64,000 nt of DNA, taken from positions 95,914,001 through 95,978,000 of the forward strand of contig NW_026262679.1 in the NCBI RefSeq assembly GCF_021869535.1, written 5' to 3'. Each line of letters starts with the position of its first letter. The stretch's first letter is position 1. The notes under the pieces were generated by a model that worked only from the letters and a program-made list of their open reading frames with translations, was not told the DNA's origin and did no database searches. A program made the translations under genes and the position numbers. Shown here piece after piece: positions 24,501 to 34,465 of the stretch. The DNA is from Mytilus californianus. Lineage: Eukaryota.

Positions 24501-24648
24501 ATTCAAAGATCAGCCATCAAATTAACACCCAATTCTCAAATAAAAGAAAATCATTACATGTTGTTGACTTCATAAGGTGTGACTTATCTTTATCTATCAT
24601 CTTGCAATGTCAAAAGTTAAAATTTTAAGATAAGAATATGCTGTTACA

Positions 24649-24831
24649 ATGTCCCTAAAGTATTTTGTTGCCGTAATATTATTGTATTTGAATGAAGGAT
24701 TTCTTATAGACCATGACGCCCCACGAAAAGTTGTAAAAGTTCTAACAGCTGGAAATGGTGGACACTGGGGAGAGTGGCATCCTCCTAATTACTGTGCAGA
24801 AGGAGCGTACGCAGTCGGGTTTAATTTGAAG
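24649..24831 (+). CDS. VMO1: Vitelline membrane outer layer protein 1 homolog, exon 1 (signal peptide and start of repeat 1; 61 codons)
   Basis: MSLKYFVAVILLYLNEG hydrophobic leader and GNGGHWGEWHPPNYCAEGAYAVGFNLK. Donor AAG|GTTCGT at 24832, phase 0. Confidence 0.9.
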
Positions 24832-25689
24832 GTTCGTGAGCTTATTCATAAACAAACTGCGCATCAATACAAATTTTGAAGGATAACGACCTCAATTGCA
24901 TAGAAAGTTCCATTTTGTATTTGTATTTTTAAATGTATCTACTCTCAGATAACTCTCTTAATATTTGCATTTTCGTAAATAATTTTCGTATATTATTCAT
25001 TTGGTGTAACATGTATACTCTGGTTCTGTAAAAATACCGCAACTTTCTGTCAGTTATATAGAACGGTTGATATCGAATCGATTTTGAAGCGCGATTACAA
25101 GTAACACAAATCATGTGTCTTGCTCAAATATTGTATTTAGTTCGATTTTTGATGTATTTTTGTAATATTTGTAGTAAAAATTGACCTTTTTATGAACCCA
25201 ATTATGAGACACTAACGATCGAAAATGATAAAAACGATTTTAAACAAAACCTTTAATTTCTGTTTAACAAATCATGCATTTTGATATTGGTTTCCTTCTG
25301 GCACCAGTATTCAAACTGCATACACATTAAAATCCTACACGTAGGCAACCATTTTCTAGACTACATTCTAGTCGCCAGTTAATAAAAACTTAAAACTAAA
25401 TATGTTTTGTTATGCCAAAAAGTACTTTCATCTAACAGACATATTTTATTTTCTGTTTAACGTTTTCTAGAATCTCTCCAATCGAGATACTACATAAAAT
25501 ACATCCTTTTATTTCTTTTTTAAAAATACAAATAAAAAAACAAGACAAACCAAACAACAAAAAAATGCGAACGTTTAAAAACGATTTCAGAAAAGGTTGA
25601 TTTCAATCAATTTTATTTTTCAAGGAGTGTTTTAAAAGTATTCTAACTAGAAAGGAAAGGTAAACAAAGTAAACGATGATAAATAAGCA

Positions 25690-25830
25690 ATTATAACGAT
25701 TAAACAAGAGGCTGTCACAGTGACAGCATACCGGATTTTCCTGCATGAAAAAGGTATTTGCAAATCTGGACTTTTTGTTTTCAAGTTATTGAGCGGACAC
25801 TGTTTGACAGTCGCCCGCCCGTCCTTCGGA
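25690..25830 (+). mobile_element. Helentron/HINE-like fragment in VMO1 intron 1
   Basis: TT|AAACAAGAGGCTGTCACAGTGACAGC start with a small hairpin, and a downstream CGCCCGCCCGTCC microsatellite-like core. The family resemblance is from recall only. Confidence 0.35.
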
Positions 25831-25878
25831 AATCCGATTAAAACCCAATTAAAATAAATGCAACAATAAACATTGCAG

Positions 25879-26085
25879 ATAGAAAGTTACCAACAGGGCC
25901 TGGATGACACTGCTTTAAATGCAATATTAGTGAAGTGTGAAACACTGGATGGTTCCCACTATGCTGGATACGTTGAGTCAGGAGAAGGGCAGTGGGGAAG
26001 TTGGATTGGTGAAAAACAGTGCCAGAATGTTAATGAAAGTCGACTTTTCCTGTCTACCTTTTCACTCCAAGTGGAACCAAATCAA
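25879..26085 (+). CDS. VMO1: VMO1 homolog, exon 2 (69 codons)
   Basis: Acceptor TTGCAG| at 25878. IESYQQGLDDTALNAILVKC...GEGQWGSWIGEKQC...FSLQVEPNQ. Donor CAA|GTATAT at 26086, phase 0. Confidence 0.92.
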
Positions 26086-26610
26086 GTATATATATAATGT
26101 ACTTCAGAACCATTTAGAAATGTATAAGCAATAAAATATAAGTTATTGGTGTAAAAGAACAATTGTTACTTTATCCTTTATTTTCACATTTTATTGTATT
26201 TATATTCAGTGAAAAAATCAAACAGGAAGAAAAACAAAATTTCACTAGTCTTCGCCTTTTGTAAGTATTTTAAAACTGCAAAAAGCAAGAAGAAATCAAA
26301 GAGCAACCAAAAACCAACATGTCAACAGAAAACAGACAACACCATGACCAAAAGAAAAGATAAACAGACAAAAAACACTCCACAAAACACTACGTAGTAA
26401 ACTAAAGAATCCAACCAAAAGCTGGGGTGAGGAGATCCTGCTCCTTTTGTGGCATCCGTAATTATGGACTCGGCAAGTGAAAAACCGGTGTCAAGTCGCA
26501 TTTTATTCTAAATTATGACAAAGAGGATGGGATTAAGTGATGACAAATTAAACTTGCTATTGATCATCTGTGAGATTTATGCTAATGAGCTAAATTATCT
26601 TGTATTTCAG

Positions 26611-26853
26611 CACGGACTTGATGACACTGCTGCAAACTGGGCTAGATTTAAATGTCGCCAGTTTGCACATGAAGTTGATTTTGACCTTGACATTCCCCCT
26701 GGACATGGGAAATTTGGGTCATATGGTGGTTGGAGCGAAAGCTGTCCTCTGAATTCAGCTATCTGTGGAATGCAGAGCCGTATAGAAGGGGCTCAAGCAG
26801 GGGGAGATGACACAGCTTTAAATGATGTTAAGTTTTTCTGTTGTTCTGAATAA
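26611..26853 (+). CDS. VMO1: VMO1 homolog, exon 3 (80 codons plus TAA); the spliced protein is 210 aa
   Basis: Acceptor TTGTATTTCAG| at 26610. HGLDDTAANWARFKC...GKFGSYGGWSESCPLNSAICGMQSRIEGAQAGGDDTALNDVKFFCC is the canonical VMO1 C-terminus. Three GxWGxW/DDTALN-type repeats in the spliced product. Confidence 0.93.
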   Translation, partial: HGLDDTAANWARFKCRQFAHEVDFDLDIPPGHGKFGSYGGWSESCPLNSAICGMQSRIEGAQAGGDDTALNDVKFFCCSE

Positions 26854-27006
26854 AACATTAAATGGTTACTGTACTTTCTCTGTTGTTGAGAATGAAACAG
26901 TAAAAAAAATGCTTTGCTTTCTCTGTTGTTTAAAATGAAACATTCTTGAGAAGAAATTTTGAAATGGAACTTATTTTTCATTTTTTTACTACAATAACAG
27001 AATAAA
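26849..27006 (+). terminator. Candidate polyadenylation signals of VMO1
   Basis: AATAAA at 26849-26854 (overlapping the stop codon) and at 27001-27006. Confidence 0.55.
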
Positions 27007-27017
27007 ACTGTACACAA

Positions 27018-27620
27018 TTATTGCACTTTTCCATTGTTCAGAATCAAACGGTAAACAGTTACTGCACTTCTATATTGTTCAGAATCCTACGGTAAACAGT
27101 TACTACACTTCTCTATTGTTCAGAATAATACGGTAATCAGTTACTGCACTTCTCTTTTGTTCGGAATCAGACAGTTACTGCGCCTCTTTTGTTCAGAATC
27201 ATACGGTAAACAGTTACTGCACTTCTCTTTTGTTCAGAATCATGCGTTAAACAGTTACTGCACTTTTCTTTTATTCAGAATCATACGTAAAAAGTTACTG
27301 CACCTCTTTTGTTCGGAATCATACGGTAAACAGTTACTGCACTTCTCTATTGTTCAGAATCAAACGGTAAATAGTTACTGCACTTCTCTATTGTTCAGAA
27401 TCATACGGTAAACAGTAACTACACTTCTCTATTGTTCAGAATCATACGGTAAAAAGTTACAGCACTTCTTTATTGTTCTGAATCATACGGTAAACAGTTA
27501 ATGCACTTCTCAATAACAGATATGCAGTAACTGTTTACCGTATGATTCCGAACAAAAGAGGTGCAGTAACTTTTAACGTATGATTCTGAATCATACGGAA
27601 ACAGTTGCTGCACTTTATCT
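27018..27620. repeat. Minisatellite, 41-bp unit x~12, with an internal inverted segment (27523-27590)
   Basis: Unit AAACAGTTACTGCACTTCTCTATTGTTCAGAATCATACGGT runs to ~27515. About 1.7 reverse-complement copies follow, then forward sequence resumes. Confidence 0.95.
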
Positions 27621-28624
27621 ATATTCGTTTATAAACGAACATCTCACGAAAAAAAGAGAAGTCTCGGTAAATGTCAAAGCCAAAGCGGGATACGAACTCT
27701 AACAGGTATGAAACTATTTCCTTTAACATATAGATTTAATTATATATGCAAGAAAAAAATTTCGCGATTAAAAATTCTACATACCGACCAAATATGAGAG
27801 ATATATTATACGTCTATTTTTCTCTTTATCACGACCTATATACATGTACTAGAATTTGTCATTAAAATGACTTTTGAACCAGAATGGCTAATATCGTATC
27901 TCGACCGTGGATACAGAAAGTCCCTGAATAACCACCCTTCTTTTGGTAATACGTGGTTTCTTTTATAAAATTAGCGGTACCAATTTATTCCTTAATTTAA
28001 ACAAAATCCTGAATTTGTAGGAGCAAATTTTAAAAACGCAATATCCACACTTTAATGTCAGTACCGAAGTACTGGCTACTGATTTAGTTATACAATACAA
28101 ACATCTGAACATCACAATTGGATCTTTAATTTGTGAATAATTACACAAGGTTAGTGACCAATACTGATAGAATATTCATATTTACTAATGTGTCGTAGAC
28201 AGAAATATTGTTTTGATGTTGATAACCCATCAATCTCATTGATGACAAAAGACAATCCCTTACGACTCTGCAAATAAATCTTAAGATCAAGTGAAGGTTA
28301 GGCCACATATCCAATCATTCAGTTGGCATATGACTAGCTATGGTCAATACCATTTTAAATTAAAGTGCTACAAGCATTATACAAAGCCTGCAACTGGATA
28401 GTATTGATAATGTATTGGTGTCGTTTTTATTATAATATCTCTTGCTATTAAATATAATTGAGCACTGTTGGTAATGTGAAGTTTAATAACAAATATATTT
28501 AACGCATATTTAGAACCATGTACATGTACCTAGTGTTGATATAGAAATTTTATTGTTATACAATTTTGTTTTAGATCGTATGTAACCGACACTTCTTTAA
28601 CTGCATGTAACACGTATGCCTAAG

Positions 28625-31320
28625 TATAAAAATAAGATGTGGTATGATTGCCAATGAGACAACTCTCCACCAGAGACCAAATGTCATAGAAGTAAACAAC
28701 TGCAGATCACCGTACGGCCTTCAACAATGAACAAAAATCATACCGCATAGTCAGCTATAAAAGGCCCCGAAATAACAAATGAAAATAAGTTAAACGAAAA
28801 ACAAATATGATATGCAGCAACAAACGACATCCAATGAACTACAGGCTCCTATCTTGGGATAGGCAAATAAAGAAAGAGACGGGGTTAAACATGTTTGTGG
28901 GCGCCCAACCCTCCCCTAACCTTGGACAGTGGTGTAACAGCACAGTATATGAACAAACTATAAAAATCAGTTGATAAGGTTTTACTTATCAGATCGATAC
29001 AAAGCAGAAAAACAAGTAACAATCACACAGACCGGACGCAGCAGGATATTAAGTACAAATATGAGAGTACTCGTAGTTACTGACAGCTAGTTCAATGCCA
29101 ATAACAACTAATAAAAAAATAATGTATCTAAGACTCAAATATCAATTAATACACATACAATATCCAATGGAGTTAGTGTAAAGACGTCATTAACAGTCAG
29201 AAAAAAGCAAGACCCTGTACAATACCAAAATACAGGTATCGACATATTGTAGTACCGTGAATGTGCATATGTAGGTGTACTTGTATATAACAATAATATT
29301 AGTTTGGTTTTAATCTACTGATAACAAAATCTATATCTATACCAATAAAAACAATATTCAAAGATATAATTATAGTGCTCAATTGATAACCTTTTAGAAT
29401 AAGATTACTTAAACGATCGATAAGTTTACCCGGGTCGTATTTTAATTTCCGGGCTCGGTAAACACCATCTCCGTAAAAGTTAGGATGTGCTATCCAGTTT
29501 GAAATAAGTTTTCTACGGGTACAGCCAAACCTCCAAACCAAATCTTTGAATATATTGAAGAATTTAGTAACGGTTTAAAGTAATTTGTGGTAACGAAATC
29601 CCTGACTTGATAATTTACCAGTAATACATACATTACGTTCATTAAAATTCAAAACGTCACTACAGATACGGGCATAGCGAACGAGTTGTGATATATAAAC
29701 ACCGTAAGATGATGCAAAAGGAACATCACCATCCAAAAAAAAAGTAACTTACTTTGGGTAAATTTCGGCAGAATATTTAGAAAATTCCTGATTATTTAAC
29801 GAAAAAATATCATCAAGATAACGATAAGTGTTGTTGAATTTATCAAGTAAATGCAATTTAGACGGTTCTTTACTGAGTGTGGCTATAATCTGCGATTCAT
29901 AACAGTACAAAAACAAGTCTTCTATTAGAGGGGCACAATTAGTCCCCATAGGAATATCTACAGCCTATCGATACACTTTATTGCCGAAACGTACACAAAT
30001 GTTGTCAAGGTGAAAAATTAACAGCTCTAATCATCTCATCATACCTTAAGTATGTATATCTAGCATATTTATCCTTCTCATTAGAGAAGAAGGTTTTAAA
30101 TGAGTTGCAGCAAATATATTTACAATCAGATTTATCAAACGATCATTTAATTAAATAGGAAAAATTTTGATTGATAAGATTTTTGGGAAGTGTAGTGTAA
30201 AGAGTTTAAAACGTCAAAACTTTAAGTAGAAACAAAAGGACCATCAAAAGCACGCAATCTACCTAAAACATCCAAAGAATTTTTTACACTCCAAAAATAG
30301 TTAATTCCACTTTTTTCACATGTTTTATAACAAAAGTTAATGATAGAATAAGTTCTTTGTAATAATTAAGGAACTAATAAAAAGAGGCCGTTTTGAAACG
30401 ATATTCTACAAGTTTTTGTGCAGTTTGGGTAACCAATACATAGTAGGGACCTATGTTTGAATGAGGCCTTAAGCTGTGATGGGGTTTTGATATGAATGTT
30501 TACAATATGACTCTCTGTGGAACGCACTGACCTGAAGAAAAGAACTTCCTGTAGTATTCACGTCATACCACCACAACATTGTTGCCTGCTTTGTCGGCTG
30601 GTACAAACATAAACTGCTTTGTGAGTACTTGAAGTTTTTTTCTTATTCTAGAAATATGCGTATTATGTACTCTTTTATTTATTTCTAAATTGTTTTCAAA
30701 ATGTGATATTCGAATGTCCACAACATGCATACATTTATTCAAATAAGAATTTTTCTCGTTTACACCAATTTTTACAATACGATGGAAGTGCGTCTTTTAT
30801 GACCTGACGGAACTGTTTCCAATCTATTTTAGATGGAGGCTATTTTTGTTCTATTTTAAAAATGTTTTTAACCTTTCGGTCATTATCGATATTGAGGCAT
30901 CCGTTATAGCATGGCAATATGAATCATATCTAAAACTCGACGACTCAGTTCCAAGTTAGAGGAGTTAATTTTCTACACTGATGTCTGATATTTCTAACGT
31001 ATAATTAAAAATTAAGCTTCTCTTGGGTTTTTGTGTGTTTACCAAATCATAGGTGGCTCAAAATAAGGAGATATAGTTTATGAATGGTAGAGTCATTTGA
31101 TATACTAGATAAGTTGATAAATCAATACCTCTGTTGATAAATTAGATTTTCGGAAAATGCAGTTTATGATCTTCAGGTTGATCGATTAGCGGGAACAGCC
31201 TATGGTGACAAAAAGCTGTAACTATACGCGTACACCCATAGAGTGGCTAAAAACGATATTGTGTCACACTCCTTGAAAATATCATATAAGGCATTAGTTA
31301 ATGTCGGAAAGAGTCAGAAG
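28625..31320 (-). mobile_element. Decayed Penelope-like retroelement, probably Naiad clade (linker, RT, C-terminal domain, 3' UTR/tail)
   Basis: Minus-strand motifs in collinear order through frameshifts and stops: LFPLIDQPEDHK, PPSKIDWKQFRQVIKD, FVPADKAGNNVVVV*REYY, VPTMYWLPKLH, YFWSVKNS-like, IPMGTNCAPLIEDLFLY, YRYLDDIFSLNN, FLDGDVPFASSYGVYISQLVRYAR, GIAHPNFYG-like, ending ...RLKPN-stop at 29299. The 3' tail ends in CATACCACATCTT near 28632. Confidence 0.9.
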
Positions 31321-32699
31321 AAACCAAATGAACGACCAAACATCATAAGCCGAAGAAAAATCGACAATACCATGGCAGAAAATGTAAAACTACGATGAAA
31401 AAAAGTCTAACAAAACTACTTAGAAAACTAGACTGACTAACACAAACCCCACTAATAACTGGGGGATGATCTTAAGTGATCTGGATGGGTAAGCAGGCCT
31501 TGTCCCATTTCGGCAGTTCAAATCGAAGATTGAAATGTACAAAAGAATGAGTTAACGTTTTTTCCGGTCTACGCAGAAAGTGATTTCACAGTAAATGACA
31601 GGCAATTACTTTACTATTTTTGGAAACAAGCATATATATACCAACAGTACATAATCGTACTTTATCATCTACTTCTAATTACTTATTGACAATTTTCATT
31701 CATCATCCCTAATGGGTGCAGCAACAATCTAATAGTACATTTATATAAGGGAAAAATTTGAAATAAAACAAGTCTTGTAGTAGACAATTCAATTGAGTTC
31801 AAGGTCATATATTTTTACTTGTGTAATACTAAAATTGCAGAAAAAGTATTGATTCGGAATCCTTTGTAAAATATTAACTCTTTCAGTTGCGATTTTTTGT
31901 AAATATATCGTCAACTATTCGGGTTTCTTCGGATTACGTTCAAAAAGCTAAACTTGTGTCATATTAATTTTTATGTCAAAGAAAACTTTCGTATTACAGA
32001 TAGAAAAATAGTGAAATTTGTCTTTTTTCGAGCTTATCAATAGAAAAAAAGTAGTAGGGTGCCATTAATAATAATATTTTAACTCCAGAAAGAATATAAG
32101 CATGCTTCAAATGTAAATATAAGCTGAGGCTTACTGGCAAAATTTGACTAAAGAAGCCTGGCTAAATTTGACTAAGAAAGATATAACGTAATGTAATAAG
32201 TCACCGACCATTCGTCTTTTGTTGGGGACTTGTTCTTTTTGTTTTGTTTTTTTTTATCTCGTGACAAACTTTTTTTCGGTTTCATTGAAAAGATATTTTT
32301 TTCAATATAATTAAGGAGATTTTTTTTTAATTTGAATGATGAGTTTATTTTTCAACGGAAACACACTTCAAAAACAAATTATGTTTTTTTTCTTCAAGAA
32401 ATTTAGAATTTATCCATTTGTAATTATTAATAGTTATAAAACATGTCACCCCTCGTCCCCAAAAGATGAATGGTTGATGCAAAACGAAAGTTATAAAATT
32501 TAAGATAATTAACAGGCGATATGGGATTTGCGTCAATAAGGTCATAGGTCAACATATTGTCTTTAACAATAAACAAACGTCTATATGATATGCTCTCGTA
32601 CGTTTAACAACAACAAGCACGTGAAACATTTTCCTAAATTTACATAACGTTGTCCAAAATATTTTTTGTTTTTTTGTTTTTGTTATCGAGAAAATAATG

Positions 32700-33266
32700 A
32701 CAATGTATGAGGGTGTGGATGGGGGTTTCCTAACAATGTATGAGGGTGTGGATGGGGGTTTACAGAATAGAGAACAATATATGAGGGTGTGGATGGGGGA
32801 TTACAGAAAACAGAATAATTGGCCAACAAATATAAAGAAAAGAGAAAGATGGACCAAAAAATAAAGAATAGAGAATAATGAGATGTTAAAATATGAAGAA
32901 AAAAGAAAAATGGACAAAAAAAAGAACAGAGAATAATGATGTGTTAAAATATAAAGAAAAGAGAAAAATGGACCAAAAAATAAAGAATAGAGAATAATGA
33001 GGTGCTAAAATATAAAGAATAGAGAATAATGGACAAAAAAATAAAGAAAAGAGAATAATGAGGTGCTAAAATATAAAGAAAAGAGAAAAATGGACCAAAA
33101 AATAAAGAAAAGAGAAAAATGAGGTGCTAAAATATAAAGAAAAGAGAAAAATGGACCAAAAAATAAAGAAAAGAGAATAATGAGGTGCTAAAATATAAAA
33201 AAAAGAAAAAAATAGACCAAAAAATAAAGAATAGAGAATAATGAGGTGCTATATATAAAGAATAGA
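32700..33266 (+). repeat. MITE-like element: triplicated ATGAGGGTGTGGATGGGGG end plus purine-rich ~62-bp (2 x ~31) tandem array
   Basis: The end motif occurs at ~32706, ~32739 and ~32781. The unit AAAATATAAAGAAAAGAGAAAAATGGACCAAAAAATAAAGAATAGAGAATAATGAGGTGCT repeats ~7 times. Confidence 0.85.
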
Positions 33267-33269
33267 GTA

Positions 33270-34465
33270 CCCTTCATTGGGTACAAAGAAAGCCCAACAT
33301 TTAAAGACCAAATTCACAGACATCACTTGGGGCTTATAAAACCGAAAATAGACAAAACGTTTCAATAATACAATGTACAAAATTGGAAACAACGTGATTG
33401 AGGTGCAAGTTTAAAGTTTAATTTTTTTCACAGCAATATAAACTTTCGTGGAAGTCACTGTGACCTTGAGCTGAGAAACAGCAATAATAGCAACGTTCCT
33501 TTGTTTTGGGATTTTTTCGTTACATCTAAAGAGTTTGTGCCATACAAGGTATGCTTGGCAATTTATAACAAAAAATACTATGGTAAATTGTTGACAATAA
33601 TATGTGTCCACAGGACACAATGAACTGCGAAAGTCTGAGTCAAAACTCTAATGTAAAAGTTTTATATAAAAAAAAAATATTTCCCATTATGAAGAACATG
33701 CGTACTAACTTTAACCTGATACGGGACGGACGAACGGATTCATAGATCGGAAAATATAATGCTTCTATCCTTCTTTCATGACTTGCGGATTATATGTCAC
33801 AATGGTAAACTTCCACGCATTTAATATAACTGAATAACGTTATCAAAGTTCATGAATACAGCATTTGGTTTGCAAATTCGAAAAAAAAAATATATATTAA
33901 GCTTAATTTAGAGCCATATTTTGGATCATTAATCTTCAACCTTCATTGGGTATAATGAATGCCCAACATTTGAAGTCCAAATTCACAGAAATCACTTGGG
34001 GCTTATAAAAACCGAAAATAGACAAAACGTTTCAGTAATACTATGTACAAAATAGAAGACAACGCGATTGAGGTGCAACTTTAAAGTTTTTTTTCACAGC
34101 AATATAAACTTTCGTGACATTGAGCTGAGAAACAGCAAGTAAAAGCAACGTTCCTTTGTTTCGAGAATTTTTCAGTACATCTAAAGAGTTTGTGCCATTT
34201 GGTAAATTGTTGACAACAATATGTGTCAACAGGACACCATGAACTGCGAAAATTTGATTCAAAACTTTTAATGCAAAAGTTTTATATAAAAACAAATTTC
34301 CCATTATGATGAACATGCGTACTAAGTTTAAATTTGATTTGACCACAACTTCATGTCAACAATATTGGCTAAACACTTTAACCTGGTACGGGACGGACAA
34401 ACGGACCCATAGATCGGGAAATATAATGCGCCGGTCCCAATAACGTAGGCGGGTCATACAAATAT
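33270..34465 (+). mobile_element. Two tandem, diverged copies of a Helentron/HINE-like element (~33270-33765 and ~33940-34465)
   Basis: Both begin CTTCATTGGGTA..GCCCAACATTT..ATCACTTGGGGCTTATAAAA and end in an ACGGGACGGAC(G/A)AACGGA..CATAGATCGG..ATATAATGC terminus. The second also carries a terminal hairpin-like GC-rich motif. Confidence 0.7.

Noticed and set aside
26515-26610. Upstream ATG for the 112-aa ORF
   Set aside because: VMO1 similarity starts only at 26611 after a strong acceptor, so the upstream part is intron.
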